From Felis catus (lineage: Eukaryota): a stretch of 64,000 nt of DNA. The notes below the pieces were generated by a model, which was not told the origin of the DNA, searched no databases, and worked only from the letters and a program-made list of their open reading frames with translations. Location: contig NC_058368.1 of assembly GCF_018350175.1 (NCBI RefSeq), positions 158,908,001-158,972,000 on the forward strand, in the 5' to 3' direction. The position numbers were made by a program, and so were the translations under genes. Positions 12,904 through 24,460 of the stretch are shown piece by piece. How positions within the stretch are numbered: position 1 is the first letter of the stretch; every line of letters starts with the position of its first letter.

Positions 12904-13334
12904 GCTATAGTAATTACATTAGGATGATATTAGTACCATAGAATATTCAGTTCATTATCAGACTTCCATATACATGGAAAGTTACTAAATGACAGAAATG
13001 AAATCATACTTAATGGAGAAAGAAATTATTCAACAAATGGACACACATATTAGAAAAACTATTTTATCATCTCACCTGATATATAAGTTCTAAGTACATT
13101 AAATTTGAAAAGTAAAGAATTATACTTTCTGCAAGTGGTACATTGAAAGAATATGTTATAGAATGTTCTCAGTAATTGTATTTTTCCTTAAAGCTGTCCC
13201 TACAAATATACTTGATAGGATCTTTTCTCCTTGTTTTCTTAAGTTAGCAACTTGTCTAAATGCTATAATATTACTAGTTACTTTTTGGAAGAAGAATATA
13301 ATTTGTTTAGTCAGGTATATATGTGTATATATTA

Positions 13335-13336
<2 letters not shown>

Positions 13337-13372
<36 letters not shown>
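13337..13372. repeat. (TG)n microsatellite
   Basis: Perfect TG run of ~18 units. Confidence 0.95.
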
Positions 13373-13376
<4 letters not shown>

Positions 13377-13529
13377 AAGTCTCTAGCCTTTCAATAGTGG
13401 GGATGATAACAATATGTAATAGCATTCAAAGTTAAAGCCTGTCCTCTCTCCAAGCTTATGTAAACTGATGGAAAGAAACTTTAAGTAAGAAACAGGAACA
13501 TGGTTGGTTTCTTTTATTTTAGGTACTCT

Positions 13530-13619
13530 CTAAGGTGACCAACCATCCCAAAATGTCTGGAAGGGGGTGTGAGGTGGCTGCTGGGACATGGGAGTTTTTG
13601 TTTTAAAATGGGTCACCTA
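13530..13619. mobile_element. hAT-Blackjack MITE (MER81/MER94-like)
   Basis: Terminal inverted repeats AGGTGACC ... GGTCACCT with internal CATCCCA/TGGGACA. Confidence 0.6.
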
Positions 13620-15169
13620 TCTCCTCCCACCTGTCCAGTTACTTGTTGTGGCTTCTGATTCTTCAGAGTACAAATGGGAGTTGAGAGGAGTAAAGGATTA
13701 CAGGGAGAGATGAAAGGTCTCCCTTCACCTTTTAAATTCTGACCTTGAATTTCCATTGGACATGACATATATTTAAATACTGCGCTTATCATAATTGTTG
13801 AGTGAGATTCTCATTCCACATTGTTGCAAATTTCTCATCTCTAGTACTTCTTGTTTGTTGTGAGTGCCATTTATGACTCCCAACTTAGCCTCTAGTTCCT
13901 TGTTACCTATTCAGTCAGACTGTCTGTTGAAATCCCATTGTCTCCCTTTTTCTGGTAAAATTCCTTTAAGATGCTTCAAATCAACTTTGCCTCTTGCCCA
14001 CTACAATGGCCCCCAATTGTAATTAGCCTCTGTCTTTTTGGAAGTAGTATTTTTTTAAAAAGTCAAAAATTTTTAATAAGATTGGTCACAAGAATGCTAA
14101 GTACATGAATGTTTTGTTTTTTACAAAAATGGAAAATTTGTCCTTTTGAGAAAGATGCACCTAAGAATAATACTTAACAGTCAAAATATATATTTCTACT
14201 TTTCCCCCAAGAGAATGGAAAACATATTCTGAAAGGTATGGTGAATATTAAGGTTACTTTAGTTTTACAAAAGAATTTAAATGGTCAAAAGTCTTCTGGA
14301 ACATATGTCTACCTCATGGGGTTGTAAGAATTAGAAACAAGAATAGTGAAGTACTTGGCACATAGTATATGCTCAGTCTTCTATTATTAATTCCAAAGTC
14401 TTTCCTCCTTGAAACTTTCCCACCAACTTCAATATTTATGACTGAAAGATGTATTAATTTGAAAGACAATTTTAGTTTCTTAAAAACTTCAGCCTTTAAT
14501 TTACATTGTTAAATTTTCATAGTTGTGAAAGCAGTTGAGTAGGAATACAAAATAATTTTGACTGAAAGAAAATTATCTCTTACATTAGATATATAACTGT
14601 ACTACACTTTGTCCAGAATTACTCCATGATTTTAGCAGTCTCACTATGTGGGTCAGAGTGTTCTGACTTTGAGTACTGAAATTTTAGATTGCACTGTGTC
14701 TCATGATAAGATTTATATATAAATGATGTCTTTGTTTAATACAAAAGTATAACTTTGCTCAAGGTAAGCACCCATTGACTGAATCCAGAAACACTAACTT
14801 GGAAAGCAAACAATTTTTTTCTCTCCCCTCTTCCCTCCAAGTGGTGGGAAACACTCTGAACTGACATATGTGATGACTGAGTCTGAGATTCACTCTTGTG
14901 AAGAGGGAGGAGTGAGTAGAGAGAAATGACATTGAAGGGAAGTTGAATGATGTAATAGCACTCTGAGGAATAAGGAGTGAGTTTATGGACATGGGTTTCA
15001 TACAGTTTTGCAGCAAACTTGTCACACAGACCACTTCTCTTTAGTTTGAGCTCTGTCTCATACCAGAGACCTACTATGTAATCATACCTGCACCAAGAAA
15101 ATAGAAATACACCCTATATACCTGCACCCAGAAAAAAAAAGTAGAAATAAAAATCTATGAGTGTGCGTG

Positions 15170-15265
15170 AGGTATAGGGTGTAGACCCATAGGCTTTGAG
15201 ATCAGTCTGATCTGGGTTTGATTCCTGACTTTGCCACTCCCTAACTGGAGATGATAAATATGGAT
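15170..15265 (+). mobile_element. MIR fragment
   Basis: GGCTTTGAGATCAG...TCTGGGTTTGATTCCTGACTTTGCCACT. Confidence 0.6.
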
Positions 15266-15479
15266 TACTGTTTTCAAAAGCTTGGTGGTGGAAGCCTAAC
15301 AAAACTTAAGGTTGAGAGTTGTAGAAGGGGGATTCATAGAAGATAGCTTGAGCATGTTTATAACCGGAGGGTCAGGAGATTTGAAGAGGGATCAGAAGAA
15401 GTATTACTTAAGTTACCGTGAAAAATAAGTGTTACACAGTTCTCTTTAAGATTGATATTAGGATTAAATGAGATTATTT

Positions 15480-15499
15480 AATTTTTTTAATATTTCTCA

Positions 15500-15540
<41 letters not shown>

Positions 15541-15737
15541 AAAGAGAGAGAGAGAGAAAGTGAGTGAGAGAGTGAGTGGCGGAGTGGCAGACAGAGAGGG
15601 AGACACAGAATCTGGAGCAGGTTCCAGGCTCTGAGCTGTCAGCACAAAGCCAGATGTGGGGCTTGAGCTCACAGACCATGAGATCACGACCTAAGCCGAA
15701 GTTGGAAGCTTAACAAACTGAGCCACCCAGTCACCCC
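15480..15737 (-). mobile_element. CanSINE with (CA)n expansion
   Basis: Complete body; (CA)n at ~15501-15537; TGAGATT on both flanks. Confidence 0.93.
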
Positions 15738-16412
15738 TAACTGAGATTTTACATGTGTATTATATAGATGTGTAAATCTATGCATAAATACATATACATG
15801 TATGTATATTTGTGTACATATTAATATGCATATGTAAAGTATATGGTGTGCATGTTTTTATATAGAGACAAAACATCAATTTCCTTATAGGCTGGATAGT
15901 CAGGATATCAAATCTCTACTCAGTAAATCATATCTGGAAGCGAAACTGAAAGTATTTCCAGGGTTACAAGATAAAATTGGGTGTTTAAGTATAGTAAAAA
16001 TGAGACTGCTACCAACCTTTTTCAACTAGGATTCCTCTTTTGAGCTACAGATGGTTATTTAAATGACTATTTTCTCAATTCTAATGAGGCTGTTAGATAA
16101 CTAGTATGAAAGGAGTTTCATGAGAGATGTTCATTCATCACATTCAGTGGTTGGTTACTTTAGGGCATTAGGGTTTAATTATGTTATAAAACGAGCTGAG
16201 AAAATTCAGTTGATTCATCTAATCAGAACATGTGTAGGTCTAGAATATTAACTTTTGTTCCATCATATGGTACTTAAGCTCAGACTCAGAAATTTTATGA
16301 GGATCCAAGCTATGAGATGATCTAAAAACTTTACCCAGGCAGCAATGTCTCCTTAGTTATTTTTGAAATGAAGTCTTTTTATTTACAGAGATACAAGTAT
16401 ATGCATTGTGTT

Positions 16413-16456
16413 AAAAAACAAAACAAAACAAAAACAAAAAACAAAACAAAACAAAA
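16413..16456. repeat. (AAAAC)n simple repeat
   Basis: Directly visible. Confidence 0.85.
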
Positions 16457-17466
16457 CTCTCAGGAAGCTTCATAGCATTTAAAGGAAAGGCGTTGACTTC
16501 AGCAAGATAATAGCACCACCATTTAACTATGTGTATGGACTGGACATCAAAATTAAATGATCTGATTCTCATTTCCCTCATGCATAAAGTTGAAATACTC
16601 ATTGTATCATTGTTAATATTAAGTTAGATAATAGATGTAAAGTGTTTTGAATAATGGTTGGAACAAAAGTAACATTTCAAACATTAATTTGAGTAATTGA
16701 ACATATGACCCATTTTAAAGACAAACATGCATAATGATTTCCTCAAAATTATTATTTAATGAATACTGTCACTATTTCCAAAAGGACCAAAGAGAATCTT
16801 ATTTTAGGTGTTTTGTATCAGGATAGATTTTACTGCAGTAAACAACAGCTTCAAGCAACAAAGTTTTGTTCTTTAATTCACACCAAGTGTCTGTTGCATG
16901 CCAATAATAACAGGGCAGTGGGAAGTTTTATTTTATATTATCCTCTCTGTGACTGAAACTAGTCGAAATTTCATTGTTGGGAAAGTTGTGGGTTACAGTG
17001 GCAAAAGGAGTAGTGGCCTGTTTAAGCATTATTGCTCAAATGCTCCCACATGGTTATTACCTCTACCCATGTCCCTTGGGCCAAAGAAACTCACATGGCC
17101 ATACCACAGTATCTCTGCAAATTTTAAGAATGGAGAACAACCAAACATTTGAAGAGCATGCATGTGGTGGGCATACATAATGTAGGGTAAGGCAAATGGG
17201 CTGAGATAAATGGGCCTCAGAATTCTCTAATTTACACTTACTGAAACAAATAAATGATAAACCAGGCATTTCATTTCTATATAATAGTTTCCTTATTTTA
17301 TATAATTGACTAAATTTTATCTTCATTAAAGCTTAAAATAAAACACATTTGTGATCCTTGCATATATTGGAAGTAAGGTCCAATTGATAAAATTCGTAAT
17401 GTCCTATCAAGTCTATATTCATTTTCCCTCAGACTCCATTGAAATGATGTGTACATTTATTTTATA

Positions 17467-18120
17467 TAGTCAATTGCCATTATTCACAGGTTCTGTATTT
17501 ACAAATTTACTAAAATTTATTTGTGACCCACAAATCAATACTCTATATTTTTAGTGCTTTTGTAGTTATTCACAGACATGTACAGAGCCATAAAAAAATG
17601 AAGTCCCAGATGCTTATGTTCTCTGAGTTTGAACAAGGCACTGCTCTGCCTTCTTGTTTTAGTTCTCTTACAGCAAATAAGTATCCTTTTGGGGGCGGTT
17701 CTATGTAGTGCCATTCTCTCTTTACTTTCTCTTTTGCTTTTTTGTTGGTGATACTTTTGAAAGAGTGCACAGTGCTAAAATGTATTGTGAGGCTCCTAAG
17801 CACAAGAAGATTCTGATGTGTCTTGTGGAGAAAATATATCTGTTAGATAAGCTTTGTTCAGACAGTAGTTATTGTGAGTTGAATGTTTTTAATTAATAGT
17901 ATATATTAAGGTGTCTTATATAGAAACACACATAAAACAGAGTTATATGTTAATTAATACATGTGTTAATTTCTTGTTTTCTGTGTGTTTCTATATAAAG
18001 ATGAGATGTTGGCAAACATAACATGACCAGAGGCTTGTAGGAACATAACCCTATGTTTCCCCTAGGAACCATGTTTCATTGTTGACTAATTCAGTGTTTG
18101 TGGTGACTTTATAGACCACA
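17467..18120. mobile_element. Tigger-family DNA transposon relic (MER82-like)
   Basis: CATTATTCACAGGTTCTGTATTTACAAATT...CTAAAATTTATTTGTGACCCACAAATCAATACTC start and ACCAGAGGCTTGTAGGAACATAACCCTATGTTTCCCCTAGGA end region. Confidence 0.75.
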
Positions 18121-18611
18121 AATGTTAGAAGAAATGACACTTGTAAACTAAACATTAATATTAAAATAGAATAGAATTTTCTGTCACCTGAAACAAAACA
18201 AGGTTAAAATCTGAACAACAATGGTAAATTATGTCATTTACAAGAAGAAATCAGTAATTATTAACAGTAATTATTACCTGAAAAAGCTTCATTCTTTGTA
18301 GGTAATGTATTATTATTATAAAAAGTTATCCTCTACAAGGTTAAAAACCAAAATTGCTGTGTTCAAATTTTTTTCTTAAAGCTAGATGCCACTGAGAAAA
18401 AAATGTATGGGTTTTCAGATTTCTAAGGTTTAGTTGCCATGAATGGTTTTTGCCATCTCAAACTGACTGCATGCTTTTGTACACCAGGGAAGAACATTTT
18501 TCCTACCATTGCTTTATTTTTTTTTATTTTTTTTATATGAAATTTCTTGACAAATTGGTTTCCATACAACACCCAGTGCTCATCCCAAAAGGTGCCCTCC
18601 TCAATACCCAT

Positions 18612-18643
18612 CACCCACCCTCCCCTCCCTCCCACCCCCCATC
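18612..18643 (-). other. G-rich tract of the L1 3'UTR (G-quadruplex-capable)
   Basis: Minus strand GGGGGGTGGGAGGGAGGGGAGGGTGGG has more than four GGG runs; a G-rich tract is a conserved L1 3'UTR feature. Confidence 0.75.
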
Positions 18644-18761
18644 AACCCTCAGTTTGTTCTCAGTTTTTAAGAGTCTCTTATGCTTTGGCTCTCTCCCACT
18701 CTAACCTTTTTTTTTTTTTTTTTCTTTCCTTCCCCTCCCCCATGGATTCCTGTTAAGTTTC

Positions 18762-21700
18762 TCAGGATCCACATAAGAGTGAAACCATATGGTATCTGTC
18801 TTTCTCTGTATGGCTTATTTCACTTAGCATCACACTCTCCAGTTCCATCCACATTGCTACAAAAGGCCATATTTCATTTTTTCTCATTGTCACGTAATAT
18901 TCCATTGTGTATATAAACCACAATTTCTTTATCCATTCATCAGTTGATGGACATTTAGGCTCTTTCCATAATTTGGCTATTGTTGAGAGTGCTGCTATGA
19001 ACATTGGGGTACAAGTGCCCCTATGCATCAGTACTCCTGTATCCCTTGGATAAATTCCTAGCAGTGCTATTGCTGGGTCATAGGGTAGGTCTATTTTTAA
19101 TTTTCTGAGGAACCTCCACACTGTTTTCCAGAGCGGCTGCACCAATTTGCATTCCCACCAACAGTGCAAGAGGGTTCCCGTTTCTCCACATCCTCTCCAG
19201 CATCTATAGTCTCCTGATTTGTTCATTTTGGCCACTCTGACTGGCGTGAGGTGATACCTGAATATGGTTTTGATTTGTATTTCCCTGATAAGGAGCGACG
19301 CTGAACATCTTTTCATGTGCCTGTTGGCCATCCGGATGTCTTCTTTAGAGAAGTGTCTATTCATGTTTTCTGCCCATTTCTTCACTGGGTTATTTGTTTT
19401 TCGGGTGTGGAGTTTGGTGAGCTCTTTATAGATTTTGGATACTAGCCCTTTGTCTGATATGTCATTTGCGAATATCTTTTCCCATTCCGTTGGTTGCCTT
19501 TTAGTTTTGTTGGTTGTTTCCTTTGCTGTGTAGAAGCTTTTTATCTTCATAAGATCCCAGTAATTCACTTTTGCTTTTAATTCCCTTGCCTTTGGGGATG
19601 TGTCGAGTAAGAGATTGCTACGGCTGAGGTCAGAGAGGTCTTTTCCTGCTTTCTCCTCTAAGGTTTTGATGGTTTCCTGTCTCACATTTAGGTCCTTTAT
19701 CCATTTTGAGTTTATTTTTGTGAATGGTGTGAGAAAGTGGTCTAGTTTCAACCTTCTGCATGTTGCTGTCCAGTTCTCCCAGCACCATTTGTTAAAGAGG
19801 CTGTCTTTTTTCCATTGGATGCTCTTTCCTGCTTTGTCAAAGATGAGTTGGCCATACGTTTGTGGGTCTAGTTCTGGGGTTTCTATTCTATTCCATTGGT
19901 CTATGTGTCTGTTTTTTTGCCAATACCATGCTGTCTTGATGATGACAGCTTTGTAGTAGAGGCTAAAGTCTGGGATTGTGATGCCTCCTGCTTTGGTCTT
20001 CTTCTTCAAAATTCCTTTGGCTATTCGGGGCCTTTTGTGGTTCCATATGAATTTTAGGATTGCTTGTTCTAGTTTCGAGAAGAATGCTGGTGCAATTTTG
20101 ATTGTGATTGCATTGAATGTGTAGATAGCTTTGGGTAGTATTGACATTTTGACAATATTTATTCTTCCAATCCATGAGCAGGGAATGTCTTTCCATTTCT
20201 TTAAATCTTCTTCAATTTCCTTCATAAGCTTTCTAGTTTTCAGCATACAGATCCTTTACATCTTTGGTTAGATTTATTCCTAGGTATTTTATGCTGCTTG
20301 GTGCAATTGTGAATGGGATCAGTTTCTTTATTTGTCTTTCTGTTGCTTCATTGTTAGTGTATAAGAATGCAACTGATTTCTGTACATTGATTTTGTATCC
20401 TGCAACTTTGCTGAATTCATGTATCAGTTCTAGCAGACTTTTGGTGGAGTCTATCGGATTTTCCATGTATAATATCATGTCATCTGCAAAAAGCGAAAGC
20501 TTGACTTCCTCTTTGCCAATTTGGATGCCTTTGATTTCCTTTTGTTGTCTGATTGCTGATGCTAGAACTTCCAGCACTATGTTAAACAGCAGCGGTGAGA
20601 GTGGGCATCCTTGTCGTGTTCCTGATCTCAGGGAAAAAGCTCTCAGTTTTTCCCCGTTGAGGATGATGTTAGCTGTGGGCTTTTCATAAATGGCTTTTAT
20701 GATCTTTAAGTATGTTCCTTCTATCCCGACTTTCTCAAGGGTTTTTATTAAGAAAGGGTGCTGGATTTTGTCAAAGGCCTTTTCTGCATCGATTGACAGG
20801 ATCATATGGTTCTTCTCTTTTTTTTTTGTTAATGTGATGTATCACATTGATTGATTTGCAAATGTTGAACCAGCCCTGCATCCCAGGAATGAATCCCACT
20901 TGATCATGGTGAATAATTCTTTTTATATGCTGTTGAATTCGATTTGCTAGTATCTTATTGATAATTTTTGCATCCCTATTCATCAGAGATATTGGCCTGT
21001 AGTTCTCTTTTTTTTACTGGGTCTCTGTCTGGTTTAGGAATCAAAGTAATACTGGCTTCATAGAATGAGTCTGGAAGTTTTCCTTCCCTTTCTATTTCTT
21101 GGAATAGCTTGAGAAGGATAGGTATTATCTCTGCTTTAAATGTCTGGTAGAACTCCCCTGGGAAGCCATCTGGTCCTGGACTCTTATTTGTTGGGAGATT
21201 TTTGATAACTGATTCAATTTCTTCGCTGGTTATGGGTCTGTTCAAGCTTTCTATTTCCTCCTGATTGAGTTTTGGAAGAGTGTGGGTGTTCAGGAATTTG
21301 TCCATTTCTTCCAGGTTGTCCAATTTGTTGGCATATAATTTTTCATAGTATTCCCTGATAATTGTTTGTATCTCTGAGGGATTGGTTGTAATAATTCCAT
21401 TTTCATTCATGATTTTATCTATTTGGGTCATCTCCCTTTTCTTTTTGAGAAGCCTGGCTAGAGGTTTGTCAATTTTGTTTATTTTTTCAAAAAACCAACT
21501 CTTGGTTTCGTTGATCTGCTCTACAGGTTTTTTAGATTCTATATTGTTTATTTCTGCTCTGATCTTTATTATTTCTCTTCTTCTGCTGGGTTTAGGCTGT
21601 CTTTTCTGTTCTGCTTCTAGTTCCTTTAGGTGTGCTGTTAGATTTTGTATTTGGGATTTTTCTTGTTTCTTGAGATAGGCCTGGATTGCAATGTATTTTC

Positions 21701-22586
21701 CTCTCAGGACTGCCTTCGCTGCATCCCAAAGCGTTTGGATTGTTGTATTTTCATTTTCGTTTGTTTCCATATATTTTTTAATTTCTTCTCTAGTTGGCTG
21801 GTTGACCCACTCATTCGTTAATAGGGTGTTCTTTAACCTCCATGCCTTTGGAGGTTTTCCAGACTTTTTTCTGTGGTTGATTTCAAGCTTCATAGCATTG
21901 TGGTCTGAAAGTATGCATGGTATAATTTCAATTCTTGTAAACTTATGAAGGGCTGTTTTGTGACCCAGTATATGATCTATCTTGGAGAATGTTCCATGTG
22001 CACTCGAGAAGAAAGTATACTCTGTTTCTTTGGGATGCAGAGTTCTAAATATATCTGTCAAGTCCATCTGATCCAATGTCTCATTCAGGGCCCTTGTTTC
22101 TTTATTGACTGTGTGTCTAGATGATCTATCCATTTCTGTAAGTGGGGTGTTAAAGTCCCCTGCAATTACCACATTCTTATCAATAAGGTTGCTTATGTTT
22201 ATGAGTAATTGTTTTATATATTTGGGGGCTCCGGTATTCGGCGCATAGACATTTATAATTGTTAGCTCTTCCTGATGGATAGACCCTGTAACTATTATAT
22301 AATGTCCTTCTTCATCTCTTGTTACAGCCTTTAATTTAAAGTCTAGTTTGTCTGATATAAGTAGGGCTACTCCAGCTTTCTTTTGGCTTCCAGTCGCATG
22401 ATAAATAGTTCTCCATCCCCTCACTCTCAATCTAAAGGTGTCCTCAGGTCTAAAATGAGTCTCTTGTAGACAGCAAATAGATGGGTCTTGTTTTTTTATC
22501 CATTCTGATACCCTATGTCTTTTGGTTGGCGCATTTAATCCATTTACATTCAGTGTTATTATAGAAAGATACGGGTTTAGAGTCAT
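18762..22586 (-). pseudogene. L1 ORF2p (APE endonuclease + reverse transcriptase + CCHC), disrupted by three frameshifts
   Basis: Pieces 20976-22586, 20771-20983, 20233-20805 and 18762-20246 carry EN motifs ([21 protein letters not shown]), RT motifs ([15 protein letters not shown]) and CWRGC...HCWWEC; the 3825-nt span equals a normal ORF2 length. Confidence 0.95.
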
Positions 22587-22636
22587 TGTGATGTCTGTAT
22601 GTTTTATGCTTGTAGTGATGTCTCTGGGACTTTGTC

Positions 22637-23530
22637 TCACAGGGTCCCCCTTAGGATCTCTTGTAGGGCTGGTTTAGTGGTGACAAATTCCTTCAGTTTT
22701 TGTTTGTTTGGGAAGACCTTTATCTCTCCTTCTATTCTAAATGACAGACTTGCTGGATAAAGGATTCTCGGCTGCATATTTTTTCTGTCTAGCACCCTGA
22801 AAATCTCGTGCCAATCCTTTCTGGCCTGCCAAGTTTCAAAAGAGAGATCAGTCACGAGTCTTATAGGTCTCCCTTTATATGTGAGGGAACGTTTACCCCT
22901 TGCTGCTTTCAGAATTTTCTCTTTATCCTTGTATTTTGCCAGTTTCACTATGATATGTCGTGCAGAAGATCGATTCAAGTTACGTCTGAAGGGAGTTCTC
23001 TGTGCCTCTTGGATTTCAATGCCTTTTTCCTTCCCCAGTTCAGGGAAGTTCTCAGCTATAATTTCTTCAAGTACCCCTTCAGCACCTTTCCCTCTCTCTT
23101 CCTCCTCTGGGATACCAATTATGCATATATTATTTCTTTTTAGTGTATCACTTAGTTCTCTAATTTTCCCCTCATACTCCTGGATTTTTTTATCTCTCTT
23201 TTTCTCAGCTTCCTCTTTTTCCATAACTTCATCTTCTAGTTCACCTATTCTCTCCTCTGCCTCTTCAAGCCGAGCTGTGGTGGTTTCCATTTTGTTATGC
23301 ATTTCGTTTAAAGCGTTTTTCAGCTCCTCGTGACTGTTCCTTAGTCCCTTGATCTCTGTAGCAAGAGATTCTCTGCTGTCCTGTATACTGTTTTCAAGCC
23401 CAGCAATTAATTTTATGACTATTATTCTAAATTCACTTTCTGTGATATTATTTAAATCCTTTTTGATCAGCTCATTAGCTGTTGTTATTTCCTGGAGATT
23501 CTTCTGAGGGGAATTCTTCTGCTTGGTCAT
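22637..23530 (-). CDS. L1 ORF1p (RNA-binding/nucleic-acid chaperone), ~297 aa, uninterrupted
   Basis: ORF starting [10 protein letters not shown] with coiled-coil heptads, RRM-like [12 protein letters not shown]...[10 protein letters not shown] and C-terminal QARKDW...YPASLSF motifs. Confidence 0.95.
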   Translation of the reverse strand: MTKQKNSPQKNLQEITTANELIKKDLNNITESEFRIIVIKLIAGLENSIQDSRESLATEIKGLRNSHEELKNALNEMHNKMETTTARLEEAEERIGELEDEVMEKEEAEKKRDKKIQEYEGKIRELSDTLKRNNICIIGIPEEEERGKGAEGVLEEIIAENFPELGKEKGIEIQEAQRTPFRRNLNRSSARHIIVKLAKYKDKEKILKAARGKRSLTYKGRPIRLVTDLSFETWQARKDWHEIFRVLDRKNMQPRILYPASLSFRIEGEIKVFPNKQKLKEFVTTKPALQEILRGTL

Positions 23531-24460
23531 TTTGGATAGTCCCTGGTGTGGTGAGGATCTGCAGGGCACTTCCCCTGTGCTGTGGTATATAACTGGAGTT
23601 GGTGGGCGGGGCCGCAGTCAGACCTGATGTCTGCCCCCAGCCCACCGCTGGGGCCACAGTCAGACTGGTGTGTGCCTTCTCTTCCCCTCTCCTAGGGGTG
23701 GGATTCACTGTGGGGTGGTGTGGCCCGTCTGGGCTACTTGCACACTGCCAGGCTTGTGATGCTGGGGATCTGGCGTATTAGCTGGGGTGGGTAGGCAAGG
23801 TGCACAGGGGCAGGAGGGGCAGGCTTAGCTCGCTTCTCCTTAGGTGATCCACTTCAGGGGGGGCCCTGTGGCAGCGGGAGGGAGTCAGATCCGCTGCCAG
23901 AGGTTTGGCTCCGCAGAAGCACAGAGTTGGGTGTTTGTGCGGAGCGAGCAAGTTCCCTGGCAGGAACTGGTTCTCTTTAGGATTTTGGCTGGGGGATGGG
24001 CGGGGGAGATGGCGCTGGCGAGCGCCTTTGTTCCCCACCAAACTGAGCTCTGTTGTCAGGGGGCTCAGCAGCTCTCCCTCCCTTTGTCCTCCAGCCTTCC
24101 CGCTTTCCGAGCAGAGCTGTTAACTTATGACCTCCCAGACGCTAAGTCGCGCTTGTTGTGGGAACACAGTCCGTCAGGCCCCTCCGCTTTTGCCAGCCAG
24201 ACTCGGGGGCTCTGCTTGGCCGGGGAGCCGCCCCTCCGCCCCGGCTCCCTCCCGCCAGTCCGTGGAGCGCGCACCGCCTCGCCGCCCTTCCTACCCTCTT
24301 CCGTGGGCCTCTGGTCTGCGTTTGGCTCCGGCGACTCCGTTCTGCTAATCCTCTGGCGGTTTTCTGGGTTATTTAGGCAGGTGTAGGTGGAATCTAAGTG
24401 ATCAGCAGGATGCGCGGTGAGCCCAGCGTCCTCCTAAGCTGCCATCTTGCAGCTTCTCCT
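23531..24460 (-). promoter_or_regulatory. L1 5'UTR internal Pol II promoter, CpG-rich
   Basis: ~930 bp GC/CpG-rich segment (densest ~23820-24430) in an otherwise CpG-poor window; YY1-type core CAAGATGGC (minus strand, 24441-24449) near the 5' end. Confidence 0.85.

Larger units (their letters stand above)
11030..13110 (+). mobile_element. Ancient degenerate L1 ORF2 fragment hosting four CanSINEs
   Basis: AATATAATCTTGATACCAAAACCAGATAAA (I-x-L-I-P-K-P-D-K), GAAGCATTTAATAAAATT, AAAGATGTCAATTATCCCC and TATTCAACAAATGG follow ORF2 order. Confidence 0.7.
18517..24460 (-). mobile_element. Full-length young LINE-1 (L1_Fc-like)
   Basis: 5'UTR-ORF1-ORF2-3'UTR-A-rich tail on the minus strand; direct repeat TACCATTGCTTTA at 18504-18516 and 24461-24473 (TSD); minus-strand target TT/AAAG fits the L1 endonuclease consensus. 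Confidence 0.98.

Noticed and set aside
19600..23333. Several 85-150 aa + strand ORFs overlapping the L1 ORFs
   Set aside because: Antisense shadows of L1 ORF1/ORF2 codon bias, with S/F/L-rich low-complexity translations.
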